Assembly (NCBI RefSeq): GCF_009914755.1
Contig: NC_060947.1
Strand: one strand, 5' to 3'
Length of the DNA: 64,000 bases
Source: the human T2T-CHM13v2.0 reference genome, Homo sapiens
Part shown: positions 1 through 15,222 of the stretch, one piece after another
Layout of the letters: every line of letters starts with the position of its first letter
Position numbering within the stretch: the stretch's first letter is position 1
Program-made: the position numbers and the translations under genes
The notes under the pieces: model-generated
Told to the model about the DNA's origin: nothing
Databases searched by the model: none
Seen by the model: only the letters and a program-made list of their open reading frames with translations

Positions 1-329
1 GCCACAATTGTCTTGCTAAACCTGAGCCCTGAGGATGTCATTCAGAGATGTGGCCTGCCTGTTACGGCCAGGAGCCCACTTTCAGAACCGTCCAGGACAG
101 AGAGCATATTCTATCGCTACCAGACTTTCAAAGAGTAGAAATCCACCCTACCCTTGACCTAATGGTACAAATTATATTTTACAACTCAGAATTCACTGAA
201 AATTATCATTAATTACTTACCTAGATATGTGTATCACTTTATTTAAATGTCAGTGTTGTCTTTAAAATAATTATAAAGGTTAATGGTAGAAATTTTGGGG
301 AAATAGAGAGAAGAATCTTTTTCTTACAC

Positions 330-640
330 TCTACATTATAAACGCATTCTGCTCCTATTAAATATTCTCACAAAATATCCTTTTAATGGCCGATGTGAAT
401 GTCATATAATTTCATATATATTGCTGGAAATTTGAATTCTTCACATTTTTGTTATTATAAATAATGTGATGGTCTTTACCTATACACTTTCCCTCTGACT
501 CTATAGTTATCTCAACAGAACAAATTCCTAAAAGTAAAAATACTGGGTAAAAAGAAATAATTTTGTTAAAGGTTCTTAGTACATATTTTCAGAATTCTTA
601 CCAGAGAAGTTGTATAAACTCCCACCAGAAGTATGTAATA
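330..640 (-). mobile_element. Very old L1 (L1ME-like) fragment
   Basis: Degenerate antisense L1 3' motifs (aaattcctaaaagtaaaaatactgggtaaaaag ... ccagagaagttgtataaactcccaccag); boundaries approximate. Confidence 0.5.
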
Positions 641-2449
641 AGTATAAATACTACTTAATCTTTAACAAAATTAATAAAAGTATATCTTTATAACATAAAA
701 CTCTTAAAGATCTCTTTGATACTAAAATCACCTCTCTCTCCTCTCTTTTACCTCTTTTTCTCTCTTCACTCATTAAGTACAAGTGGATGCTCTTTGAGTT
801 TATCCGTATTTGAAAGATCTAGCCCATTTAGGTAAATGTCTACCCTTGAGAAAATATACAAACCTAATCGAATGTCTATAATCTCTATCCATTTTCTTCT
901 CTTGCTCATCCTAATGCTCAGCTAGGACCTTCCTCCAGATTCTATGTTTCTTAATAAAGTGCCCAGTAATTTCGTGATGTACTGTGGGCACATGGAATGT
1001 CAATAAATACTAACTGACAATAAGTTCTTCACAGCACAAAGGACACACACCTCTAAATTTTCTGCAAGAGAATATAATGTGTAGACTGAACTGTGTAAGC
1101 TGCCCAACCGTGCTCTTATTTTTCTTTACTAATTTATTCTCATTGTTAAGCTTGTTAAAAAGCAAGCACTTTTTGTATCTGAGTGGGTAATAAGGATTCA
1201 CCAGATATTCACATCTGGAGGAAAATGGTTGGGGACATAAAGAAACTTCAGATTTTTAAACATAGATCTTAGTAAAAGGATACACATTTTATCCAATATA
1301 TGCAATTTTATCCAGTTTAACTATAGGCTACTTAAAATAAAATGTCACACTAGAAATTAATTAGCACTCCTTGGCTTGTTCCACCATACTGTAGTTGCAG
1401 AATTTTAGATTTGGAATAGACCAAAGGAAAATGTCCATACATTTTATTACAGATCATAATTGACCACACCTTTTCTGAATAGTTACTACTCTGTGTTAGT
1501 AAACTTGGGAAATCTTTTTGTTTCCTCTCTAGGGTGAGAAAATACTTAATATAAATATCCTAGAAACAACATTATTTAGGTGTTGAATTTGATACCGAAT
1601 TCTGAAAGTGTCATGTAATACTGTTGAGTCTAAACATTATTGTTTTGCTGAGTTGTACAAGTGATGTAAATATGACAGTTCCCAGAGATAGGAAAGTCAG
1701 TATCGGCCAGATTTTCTCATCTACATTCACGCTACTGGTTGTCATAAGCAAATGTAAGGCCATTGATTTGATTTTACCGGATCATAGAGCATATAAAGGA
1801 CATATTTTCACCAACAAACTCAAATTAAAAAACCGTAAAACTTCCCTTTCTACTACGAGAAAAACAATAATATCCCAAGTCCAAGCTTTTTATGGAAAAT
1901 GTGGTTCTTTTTGCCCATTTAAGAAAGACATACCAATCAGCATATTTCTAGTGCCTGAAATAAACCTGTTAGACATAAATTAAACCTTTTGGACAAATAG
2001 ACATCGTAATTAAACCATGGAAAGATAAATAAAGACTGGTATTATAATTATTTAAACTATGGCATTCAATTCTACTCAATCCAAATTTATCATCCCAAGG
2101 TAAATGAAAGTGGTAACTCTTAACAGCTCTCTTAGTCTGTCTTGCTTTTGAAACCAAAAAGCACCCTAAAAATTGTGACTGACCTAAAAAGGAATACTTG
2201 TCATACCACTATTTCAGTTATTATCGTATATCATTAAACAGATGATAAATCAATAAATGGAAACTAGTATTCGTATTTTGAGGTCATTGTATGACCTAAC
2301 TTACATGATTCTCTCAGATTCTCAAATTCAGTCACTTTTTGGTGACAGAGAGGAGAAATAGGTTTGGAAAAAAATACAACTGCATGTTTGCTTTAAAAAC
2401 TGCTATCTACGTAGAAGTTGAAATTCCTTTTTATGTTTTAAGTGGTCAG

Positions 2450-2756
<307 letters not shown>

Positions 2757-2882
2757 TCAAGCCCTAGTTCTAGGACAGGTTTGCAATCCCATAAAAAAGA
2801 TGGACGTGAAGGTAAGAACAGTTCCAGTGGGCCAATGATATCCAAAAGTTTGGAAGTCAGTTAAAGCACTTTTTTAAAAAAA

Positions 2883-3542
2883 CTTTTATTTTAGGTTCAG
2901 GGGCACATTTGTAGGTTTGTTATATAAGTAAACTTGTGTCACAGGAGTTTGTTGTATAGATTATTTTGTGACCCAGCTGCTAGTACCCAATAGTTATTTT
3001 TTTCTTCTCTCTCTCTCTCCTCCCACCTTCCACCCTCAGGTAGGCCCCAGTGTGTGTTGTTCCTCTCTTTGTGTCCATGTGTTCTCATCATTTAGTTCCC
3101 ACTTATAAGTGAGAACATGCAGTATTTGGTTTTCTGTTCCTGCATTAGTTTGCTAAAGATAATGGACTCCAGCTCCATCCATGTTCCTGCAAAGGACATG
3201 ATCTCATTCTTTTTATGGCCGCATGGCATTCTGTAGTGTATATGTACCACTTTTTAAAAAAATCGAATCTGCTATTGATGGACATTTAGACTGATTCTAT
3301 GTCTTTGTTCTTGTGAACAGTGCTGCAATGAACATATGCATTCATGTGTCTTTATGATAGAAGGATTTATATTCCTTTGGGTATATATCCAGTAATGGGA
3401 TTGCTGGGTCAAATGGTAGTTCTGTTTTTAGCTCTTTGTAAACAGACAACCTACAGAATGGGAGAAAGTATTTGCAAACTATGTATCTGACAAAAAAGGT
3501 CTCATATCCAGCATCTATAACGAATTTAAACAAATTTACAAT
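2883..3542 (-). mobile_element. 5'-truncated L1 (older L1PA/L1PB type) with 5' inversion
   Basis: Antisense L1 3' UTR/ORF2 end at 2883-3438 (ORF track gives ELPFDPAIPLL), then a sense-oriented L1 ORF2 piece at 3438-3542 (aacagacaacctacagaatgggaga); AAGCACTT flanks both ends. Confidence 0.9.
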
Positions 3543-3835
3543 GAAGCACTTGTTAAAGTCTTTAAAAACTGGGACAGAGACAAGTGAGTTTTCTTGTTCA
3601 CTTACTTTCCAAAAGGGCCAGAAGGGAAAGAAGAAGAAAGAAAAGGCCCAAGAAAGAGTGCTGTCACAGAGCAATGCAGAGAGTCCATTTAAGCTTCCAA
3701 CTCCTGGTCTAGTCCCCACGCTGGACACTGACACATATTATGCAGATTACTCTTTTGCTGCAGCACTAAGAGTACTATTTTATTTGTTATCAGTCAGTTA
3801 AGAAGCTATATAGGTATAAATCTTTGCAATTCTAA

Positions 3836-4193
<358 letters not shown>

Positions 4194-4344
4194 AAACCTT
4201 TTTCATTTATTGATGAGAAAATGGAGACTCAAAATGGCTACATGTTTTTTACATAAAAAATTTACAAAAGCTTGTTATTGCCATTATCATCATCCTCATG
4301 ATCATCATATTATCACTGTTAGTGTTTTTGTTGTTATAATTAAG

Positions 4345-4590
4345 AGGCAGTGTACAGTAGTGGCTCCCAGTTGAAATCTCACACAGGCCTATGTGACAGT
4401 TTAGCTCCACCATTTACTTCTAGTGTGACCTTGAACAACCAGCTTTCAGTTTCCTAATCAATAAAAAAGGTACCAAGATAGTACTGCTTCTATGGAGGTA
4501 ATGTGAGTATTTGATCGGATAATGCATGTAAAAATTAATAGATTACTTGGCATATATTAAGTAGTCAATACATGTTTGCTGTTAGTATTT
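4345..4590 (+). mobile_element. MIR SINE
   Basis: MIR core-like motifs (ctccaccatttacttctagtgtgaccttgaacaa, cagtttcctaatc) and 3' end (gcatatattaagtagtcaatacatgtttgct). Confidence 0.7.
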
Positions 4591-6576
4591 GAGACATTTG
4601 AATGCTGTAAAAGAGTACTGTATATAGAAGATTCTTGAAATGCATTTTGAATGTCAATGCTTATTTGATCATGCTTATATTCTTACTACAGTATCATACT
4701 ATGGCAGCAGATACAGCCTTCATTACAGGATAAATAAGATTTTAGAAAATTTATTTCCATCTCCCCTTTAAGGATTCAATATGCATACTAAATTTTTGTA
4801 TTTCAATGAAACTTTTTAATTATAGAAATTATTGATTTTAGATTACTTAATTCATCAAGTCTAGCCAAATGCATATAGTAAGTACATAGTTATAACAGAA
4901 GAAAACTATCTCTATTCTTATTTAAAGAAAATGATAATTTAAAGGACACTATGCCACATGAATTTATAAATGACCATCAAGACAAAAATAAGAGTAAAAA
5001 AATTTCTCTTTTGTAAACAGAGGAAATTCAGGTATAATATTTTTAAAAACAAGAGACCTGGAAAATAATTTTCCACCATTATGCCTGTCAAGTTCTTCAT
5101 GAAGGTTTTGATGATAGTCATATCATTTTATACAAAAAAATGCTGCTTTTCCCCTGACAAACACTGTTATCACAAAGCTTTCTAAGTCATTCTTAATGAT
5201 TGAAGTTTACTAGCATATAAAAATACAGTCAGTATTGTATGTTAACAAGAACTACTCCTGAATTTGCAAAGTAAATGCCAATTTATCAGAAATAAACCTA
5301 TCAAAGAACATTACGTTGTAGAATATTGAAAGAGGTTTTAGAATAAGAGTATGCACTGCATGACTGATGTCCATTAAAATAGAAACTATAAAAAGACCCA
5401 CATCATTTAAAGTTTGAATATAAAGAGATACATTCACCCATAAATTTCCTCTCAAATTTCAGCTAAATAACTAAGGATTTCTAAATTATATGCAGACTCT
5501 CCATGAAAAATAACTAGTGCTTCAATAAGATTATGAAAATAGGTTACCAGTATTTTATGCTTTCATGTTAAAACACTTAGCATTCCTGTCAAACCTTACT
5601 TTATCAACTTAGTATATTCCCACAGATTTGTGGGTAAATTGAATCATCATCATTTCAGAGAAGTGTTCCCTTCATTTTTGATTGATTTTCGATTAGCAGT
5701 GGCTTAACATGTCAGGTTTAAGAGGCTCTGTCCCCCATTCTCTTTTAAGCAGCTAATGATCAATGAAAGATTTATATGCATAAAGGAAATATGCTATTTA
5801 AAGAAACTCTGTGGTGAATAATTTTATATAAGAACCCTTTTGTAACTGAATGATCACCCCCATAAGTTTTCCCTGTGGTAATGCAGATTTTTACATTTTT
5901 GTAAGATGAGGTTCATCGATATGAAACTGCAAGTTGCATCTCCAACTGATCCAGAAAAAGGATCATCCACCCATTACCATGTGTGACCTCCCGTTGTTTA
6001 TTAATGGAAACAAATGTCCTCATTGTGACTTTCTGCCTCCTCTGAGGAAATATTACATTTTACTCACCAGCTTCAGAATCAACAGTATTTGGTTTTAATC
6101 TAATTCTTTGAAAATATATTTTGTAGGGTAGAATAGTTAAGTAACCAGAATATCTCATGTCCAATTATGACAAAATAGTTTATTTTCATAAGGGATATGC
6201 TTTGAACGCCATCCTACTACCTTATCTGCCTTGGTTTTGTTGAAATATACCCTAGTAGGATAACTGCCCATGGTGTCACTTGTTTTTCTATAACTGTGAT
6301 GAGAGTTCTTATTTCCAGGTTTAAAAGGAACATCTTGTATTTTGATTCTTCTAAAATTTGTATGACTCTCATTTTATCATTCTGGCAGTCACTTCTTTTT
6401 ATCTTAATGTATTCATATATGTTTAATAATTTCTTTTAAATATAAAAGTATGTACAATGCCACTTGATTTGCAGCTTTATGAATGAGGCTATTACCAAAA
6501 TGTACTTAAACATGTGCTCCGAAACATGCCAGATATTTACATGAGTCCAATACATAGAGTGTCCATAAGGCTTTAA

Positions 6577-6972
<396 letters not shown>

Positions 6973-8439
6973 AACACTATTTTTTTAGAAATGCCAAGGA
7001 TCTTTATTTAATTTTGTAATAAAAATTTATAAAATCTCATTATAACATATACTAATTGAATTATGAAAGGAAAACAATCTTGATTTAAAAATTTTTGTTT
7101 TCCAAAATTAATCTGTTTTAAAATAAGTCTTGGCTTCATGGTCTTGTGAGAAGATACCTCCCACCGCTAGATCTGGTCTACAACAAGCATGACAAAAAGC
7201 CAGGAAGTTGCTTAAGAGTCCAAGAGAGTGAATAATTTTCTCTCCCTTCCACTTCTCCCCAGTGAGGCTACCGACTTTCTCACTCTCTGAGTGTTTGTTT
7301 CTAGTTTAGTAAAAGCAGAGTACCCACCTTGGACTTGCCTGTTGAAGAACTTTTATAGAATGGCGGCTCTTTGAGTAGGAAAAAAGCAAAGCAGAATGCA
7401 TTGCTTTTCTGGAAAAATAAAACTGAGTGCATCCTGTCACATCAAGCCATCACTAGGAACAGGATACTTAACAATACGGCAGGTCCTAGGAAAATTTGAG
7501 ATTATTACCACGAATATTCAGTAAGAAGCCATTACCATTATGTGAAATAGCTTAGGGAAAGTTCAGAAAACAAAATATTTTTTATTTTCTCTTCTTAAAA
7601 GAAAAAAATGTAATGTTTCCGATGAACCTGTATTTCTGATGATGATCATGTCAATTATCTTGGCAACTTTAAGACTTCTTAATTAAATGATTAAAAGTTG
7701 TTACTACTTTCTGTAAATGTACCTGTTTTTGACTGAAATATTTGGGGTGCAATTAGACTAGTTTTATGCACTCTGCTTATTGTATAGCCTATTTATAAGT
7801 AGTATGAATATTTCTTTCAGAATTACATATCACATACAATATTGATTAAAAGACTTAAACAAGATATTGTTCTTAGGCATAAATATAATTTGTTTTTTAA
7901 ATCAGGTTCACCATATTCAACATGAATGTAATTTGTAATGATTATTATTTTAAAAAAAACCCTGTCTCTATTTACCATAAATAATATGTTGTCACTCCAA
8001 TGCTCTTTATTAGGACTTGCTACTAATTACAGAGTGAGAATAAGGTTTTTATGTAATGGGAGCTAAATAAAATGAGTGAATCTTATATTAGATGAATACA
8101 TGAGATTTCAGCCTCAGGAGAAATTGTGTGTCACAGAGAACATCGGTGACTATTATGAAAGACATGTTCAGTCAAGAGGGAATCGTACTGTTGACTATCA
8201 ACAGGGCAGAAAGTACTGGATTGTATTTTCTTTCAGTCACTATGTGCATGACCTAAAATAGAGAACTGAGGCAATATATACATAATTTAGAAGGGAAATA
8301 ATCCAGAAATTTTATTTTTGTCTCAAATAGATGGCTCTTTCAAGCAAAGGTTAATTTGGGGATTTTTTTTTGAGGGGTCAACTTCCTATGTCTAAGCAAT
8401 TTAAACTTGAAGAATCACAGGATTTAATACTTCATAGTT

Positions 8440-8780
8440 AGAGCTCTGGTCATAAGTGACAAATCACTTAAAAGACAGGAGTGGTGCTGGCCTTAAGAAG
8501 GATTGGAATAATGCTCGACTGTTCTCTGTCTTTCTTCTCTACTCTTTCTGCATGTCATCATTTTGTATAGGGGTGGAGAGTGGTGGGTCTGGGTGAGTAG
8601 AGGAGGGCATACAGGGTGAAGGAATACGTTGCTCAGTTCTTCTAACCAGGAGGAAATGTGGGTTTGGAACTTTAGTGAGAACTTGAAGTTCCCTAAGGAG
8701 AAATCCTAATTGGCCTAGAATGAGATACAGATCTAAATTTTGGACGGATCACTATGGCATTAGAGGTGAGGGGCATTGGC
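8440..8780 (-). mobile_element. Degenerate MLT1-type (MaLR) LTR fragment
   Basis: Weak resemblance to MLT1K-like sequence (taattggcctag ... ggatcactatggc); heavily diverged. Confidence 0.35.
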
Positions 8781-9302
8781 TCAGTGGCTGTTGTGTGTCT
8801 CTCTCTCCTGTGATGAAGCCTGTATTTTTGTGTGAGTACGTAGATGTGGCAGTTGGTGGGTGGGTGGGGAGGCTGGTAATGGGGCTTTTAACAGACAAAG
8901 ATAGGGGAAAAAGCAATGGTTATTATGGAGTCCATCTTTTCATATTCCATATTCAATATTTGTTTAACATCCCTGGTTAATCCATCTCATTAATTTAGCT
9001 GTCATCTTTATTATGCCTCTTCATTAACTTAGTGAGGGTAGAATGACCCATCCTGATTGATGCATTTGAATGCAGTCTCTCTTGGGCTGAAAACTCTTCC
9101 ATTGCTCTTCTCCCAACTAATACTGACATCCTTTCCTGTGTATCTGTAGTGCATACGTCTCAACTCTAGACCTGCATTCATCTCTCTGCTGTCTCTAAGC
9201 CTGCAGAGTATGTTCTCTTCCAGCCTTAAACCTAAACCAAATGGCAGATTCTTAGCTGTTAAATACATTTTTAGGAAAAAATTAATATGCTTTCTAGAGC
9301 TA

Positions 9303-9511
9303 GAGAATGGATTATAAAATCAACTTCACGTAATATGAATAAGTAAAGTGAGGCCAGATGTAATGCTATAAAGGAGAATGGAGACCATGCTGAAGTGGGG
9401 AAAACATTTTCTACCTATAAAATTTTAAATTTATTGTTAATACCATCTTGGCCAAATAAAACTTGTCTAGTGGGTAGTTTTAGTCCAGTGGCCTGAGTGT
9501 CTGATGTCTTG
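9303..9511. mobile_element. MER102-like hAT DNA transposon relic
   Basis: Matches recalled MER102 segments (aaagtgaggccagatgtaa; ggccaaataaaacttgtctagtgggtag); appears internally deleted. Confidence 0.45.
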
Positions 9512-10274
9512 ATTGGTAAATCGAGAGTTTATACTACGAAATACTGCTGCACTGTGGAGCCGGTAGGCTCTGGATTCAGAATGGCTATCACGAAATATGA
9601 ATCTGTTCCATCATATTATAGATTGGAACATGACATAATATGATTTGTAATGTGTTTGGAGTAACTAATAAAATCTCTTACCCAAGAAGCAAGGAGTTTA
9701 GAGCAGCATAGTTAATTATGAAAGGAGAATCTCCCCATCAGGCGATACAAAAATCATAGAGTTAGAATGAAATGGGCAAATTCTCTTTAGCAATCTGGCC
9801 CCACAAAAAAGTAGCTATGTCTATTTTGTCATTACAGACTTGTTAAGTTAACAAAAGTAGAAATGTCTGTTAACTCTCCCAGCAGACATTTTCATTTACT
9901 CTTCTCTGCACATTTCCACTGGATATATGTTTGTTCCTAAGGTCCTTTACTCAAGGCTAGGCATTACCTAATTTACTTGTGAAAATGTGCCAAGAAAAGG
10001 ATCAGTGATTATTCTTGCTTCATTATTTAAAGCCTACTTTCATGAATGTAATGCAGTCATCATTCCTATGTATTGTCATCAGAGTCGAGAGTTGGGACGA
10101 CAGAGAGTAGAAATCCTATAACAGGCATTAGAATTTTTAGTAGATAATACCAAAAATTGAAGCAGAGTCAGTATGTCAGACTCTAAGTTTGGCTTGGTAA
10201 AAAATCCTCTTTGTAAATTAAAAAAAAAAATTACCAGACTGCCAGCTTAAAAATATTATGTGTTTCCAAATAGA

Positions 10275-10405
10275 TGAGAAATGTTTGAGGTGATAAATAT
10301 TCCAATTACTCTGATTTGATCATTACACATTATATGCATATATCAAAATATCACACATACCCCTATTAGTATGTACAATTATTGCGTATTAATAAAAAGG
10401 AAAAA
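10275..10405 (+). mobile_element. L1MA 3' end fragment
   Basis: aatgtttgaggtgataaatattccaattactctgatttgatcattacacatt followed by an A-rich tail. Confidence 0.85.
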
Positions 10406-10549
10406 CATTTGATGCAAATATAATTCTTGTGTATGTGTGGTCTTAATTGATATTCTTTTAACCAAGCTTACTGAGATATTTATATTGAGTAAACTATATC
10501 GTGTTCAGGGTAAAAATGTATATGTTATGTGTCTGCCTGTTATCTAGAA

Positions 10550-11005
10550 GATAAAGGCCACTTTCTTCACAGTCTGACCCCATTTTGTCTTTATAGTCTC
10601 ATGCACTCTCCTCTTAAGCCCACGCCACTGACCAGGCACCCTTGACCATACCATGGACCTACATAACTCTATCATTTGTACATGCTATGCCCACCACCTG
10701 AAATTTCCTCTCCTGCCTTTTTCCCTTGTGCCTATCTACTCAAATTTTAAGACCAACCTCAATGTCACCCCAATGAACTCTTCCCTGACTCTACTCCCAC
10801 TAGGCAGAATTAAATACCACCTCTCAATTGCTAGCAAATCTCTTTTTCACACCTTTATTAGAACATTTCTCTCATCATTTTTGTACATATTTTTGTGTGT
10901 CTATTTCTCTTGTTGCATTTCGGACTCTTAGAGCATGTACTATAATGTTTTCATCTTTACATCCCTGATATGTAGGACAGTATCTGATGCACAGAAATAA
11001 ATAAT
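10550..11005 (+). mobile_element. L2 LINE 3' fragment
   Basis: Pyrimidine-rich L2-like body ending in an L2 3' motif (ttcatctttacatccctga ... aggacagtatctgatgcacag). Confidence 0.55.
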
Positions 11006-11518
11006 TCATTTAGCATTCACTCAGCTTTAATAGTCATAAATAAAAACCAACATACATATGTCACTCTTCTTTTAGTAGCATATACTGCAGAGTAATGGAG
11101 TAAACCACGCTAAAACTGTTGGTTTTGATTTAATTGCCTGGTGTGATTGAAGATTCCCCTTCATGGATGAGAGAGACAGATAGAGAAAGGCCTAGGAGTC
11201 TGGCTAGGGAAGTCTAGCAATAAGTCAAATCCCGATTAGACAGAGGAGGAAAGATCAGATGGATATTGAAGGTCACAACAGAGCAGTAGGTTGAGTTTGG
11301 ATAAATAAATAGGGGTTGAAAGAACAGTTATATATCAGTTCAGCTAGAAGACTGGTCAAGGGTAGAGACTTTTCACTGGCGTCTTGAGTTTCAGGCAGAT
11401 CTCTAAATTTAGTAAAGTAGACTCCACAATCTTAGGGCCCTGAATGAGAAATTGGTTCGCTAGTTCCATTTATGACTTTATTACTGGGCACAAGGTCTGG
11501 TCAAATCCACATAGGTGG

Positions 11519-11558
11519 CTAGGTAGGTAGATAGGTAGATGAATAGATAGATAGATAG
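11519..11558 (+). repeat. (TAGG)/(TAGA)n tetranucleotide repeat
   Basis: aggtaggtagataggtagatgaatagatagatagatag. Confidence 0.8.
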
Positions 11559-12140
11559 CTTAACAAACAGACGACTGTCTACAAGGAGTTTATGTTATAA
11601 TCTCGGTTAACCTCTGGATGTTCCTTGTTCCCCAAGACGCCAAGACTTCCTGTCTTTCCTCACAGTTTCAGTCATGAATGTCAGCTCTCGTTCTAATGAG
11701 CTTTTTAATCACACAGTCGTGATCCAGTAGGTACAGCTTTCCTTGATTAGTGATCTTAATTTATCTTTGCTTTGAGAGTACCTTACATCTGCAAGACATT
11801 TAAGTATGTTGTCTCATTTCATCTTTTCAACAGCCTGTGATGTCTATTTTGCCTCCATTTTACAGATAATGATCAAAGCTTATGTGTGGCACTTGTTGTG
11901 ACACTTCTATACATTAGTGTATTGAATGTGATTACCTGTTTTGCTCCTTTGTTGAGTTCTAATTGTGCACAACATGCAATACTCCCTTAAATCCATAACC
12001 TTCCTGTAATATTTAAAATGGTCTATTCTTACAGACTACTTGAGTTCTGTTTTCTTCCACTGTTAAGAGAGTCTATGTCTCATCAAGTAGAACATCTAGT
12101 AATAATTCCATTGAATATAAACTTGTCTTTGAAATGTTTC

Positions 12141-12806
12141 TGTATTATCCAGTTCAGGTTGCTAAAACAAAATGCCTTTATACTATTGCTTCCAAATCTT
12201 AACTATTGGAAACAGTGCCGCAACAAACATAGGAGTGTAGATATCTATTACAGCATAACTGGGTTATTATTGTTAATAAAAACATTTTAAAATAACTTAA
12301 AGAGTGTAATTGGATTGTTTGTAACTCAAAGGATAAATGCTTGAGGGGATGGATACCCTATTCTCCATGATGTGCATATTTCACAGTGCATGCTGTATCA
12401 AAACATCTCATGTATCCTATAAATACATACACCTACTATGTACCCACAAAAATTTTAAAAAACTGAAAAATGCCTTATCCTGATTGATTTATAAACCACA
12501 GAAATTAATTTCTCACAGTTCTGGAGGATGGAAGTTCCAAGATCAAGGCGCCAGCAGATTTGGTGCCTGGCCAGGGTTCTCTGCTTCATGGATGATGCCT
12601 TCTAGCTGAGTCTTCCCATAGTGGAGGAAGCAAAGCAGCTCTCTAACCCCTCTTTTATAAGGGCATTAATCCCATTCACAAAAGCAGAGCCCTCATCACC
12701 TCCGAAAGGCTTCTAATACCTTCGTCACCTGCTGATACCATCAGCTTGGTGATTAGGTTTCAATATGTGAATTGGGTGGGGGGATGAAAATATTCAGATT
12801 ACAGCG
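12141..12806 (-). mobile_element. MLT1A-type MaLR solo LTR, interrupted by an L1
   Basis: tgtatt...gctaaaacaaaatgcc / tttctcacagttctggagg...tccaagatcaaggcgccagcagatttggtg; 5-bp TSD GTTTC at 12136-12140 and 12807-12811. Confidence 0.88.
12179..12466 (+). mobile_element. Short L1MA (L1MA1-3 like) insertion with 5' inversion
   Basis: Antisense L1 piece at about 12186-12246, then sense 3' end (ggataaatgcttgaggggatggatacc); TSD AAAATGCCTT at 12169-12178 and 12467-12476. Confidence 0.85.
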
Positions 12807-13518
12807 GTTTCTCAGGTTTTTGGTTTTGGGTTTTGTTTTTTGTTTTTCTATTCAGTTGCATGTCTCTTGAATCTGCTTCTGTTCATCTTTGCCTCCTATT
12901 TTCTCATTCCCATTTTTTTTGTACTTCTGCTCTTTCAAGTACATTTTAAGAGACACTTTTCTTCTTTCACTGATCTTCGAGCATGAAGTTCTTTTCAAGG
13001 CACTTAGGAAAATGGAAGTACTTAGGACATTCATGAACAGAATGTCTCGAGAGCTGCAAAAGTTAACGTGAGAAAAGCTGATAGAAAAGTTGCCTAGTTC
13101 ATCAGAGTTTTACTCTTTAAAAAGCAGCAAGTTATAATCCCTTCTTAAATAGCAAGCAAAAGCAAGTGGTCTCATTTCACTTCTTGAAATAGACAAAGTG
13201 AAACTAATAATTGACTTGTCAATTTACTACGACTATTAATTCCCTGCACGCAAAGTTGGACTTCGTTAATTTAGGATTCACGTTTTCTTTCTGAATATAA
13301 TTATCTGACTATATACAGAAAGGTAGTTTGAAGCCAGCTAGTTATTGTTTGAGCATTTAAAGTTAAAAACTATGTAGACATTAGTAAATATCCATTTAGA
13401 AAACCTGTAACAACTGGATCAAAATTAATCTTAACTGAGAAGTTAAATTTGACTTACGATATTTTTATGACATTTACAGTGCATCTTGCTCATGGCTTGT
13501 AAATATATGTTAACTTTA

Positions 13519-13821
<303 letters not shown>

Positions 13822-14009
13822 TCATGAACTTGGTAAGGTTTATGTAGAAATAGAGGTGCTTTTATTATGTAAATGTTTGCTGTATTAACTTAGGAACATA
13901 ATTTGCAATTTTTCCTAAAGGCTGACATTTACCAGGTGTGAGGTTTCATAAACACTAGTATCAGAAAAACATTTCCAGTTGTGAAAATGATTATAAGAAC
14001 AGAAGTATT

Positions 14010-14318
14010 GGCCAGGTGCGGTGGCTCACACCTGTAATCCCAGCACTTTGGGAGGCCGAGGTGGGTGGATCATGAGGTCAGGAGTTCGAGACCGGCCTGG
14101 CCAACATACTGAAACCCCGTCTCTACTAAAAATACAAAAATTAGTCAGGCATGGTGGTGGGTGCCTGTAATCCCAGCTACTCAGGAGGCTGAGGCAGGAG
14201 AATCACTTGAACCTGGGAGGCGGAGGTTGCAGTGAGCCAAGATCATGCCATTGCACCCCAGCCTGGGCAATAGAGTGAGACTCCGTCTCAAAAAAAAAAA
14301 AGAAAGAAAGAAAAGAAA
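14010..14318 (+). mobile_element. AluS (Sg-like)
   Basis: Full dimer, ggatcatgaggtcaggagttcgag; A/GAAA tail; AGAAGTAT on both flanks. Confidence 0.95.
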
Positions 14319-14811
14319 AGAAGTATAGTCACAAGGTGAGCATGTTATTTTAAACTTCAATGACTTAAAAAATATAAGTATTGATTTTAATTGCACGATA
14401 GCATAATATTGAAAATAAGAGAGAAACTGACTTTATTCTAGTCTGTGAGAACAGGTTCTCAGTGGGGAGATAAGACTAAGATTCTCATAGTTTATTGAAA
14501 TAATGATCAATTCAATTATCAAATGCAGGATAGCATTTTGTATTCAGTTTAATAATCCATCAGCTTTTCAAATAACATGTTTTAATTGTTTTAATATTAT
14601 AGATTATTTTCACTCTTAAAGTATCATTTTCCAAATAAAGAAGTATCATGATATAAGCCATTGGGTAGTGGTCTTGCCACTGACTAATTGAGAATCTCAG
14701 TGGTCTGAGGATTTTAATTTCCAACTGTCTATGGCAATGATTCTTCACTAGGAATGGACATGATAAATACCTGTAGAGCTTTTACAAAACATATGCACCT
14801 AGTTTCCTTGA

Positions 14812-15162
<351 letters not shown>

Positions 15163-15222
15163 TAAAGTTTAATTTATTACATCTGGAAGGGAAGCTGAGC
15201 AAGGTCTGCAAATTTTGAAAAT

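Noticed and set aside
1-138. Open frame +1 from the window edge (ATIVLLNLSPEDVIQRCG...YQTFKE*)
   Set aside because: Only 45 codons, no recognisable homology, and no visible start or acceptor; compatible with chance.
1624-1983. 119-aa ORF in non-repeat DNA
   Set aside because: Non-ATG start, low-information AT-driven composition, no recognisable domain and no splice context.
8855-8885. Potential G-quadruplex GGGTGGGTGGGG...GGGG
   Set aside because: The fourth tract follows a long loop, and there is no functional context; this is a common motif.
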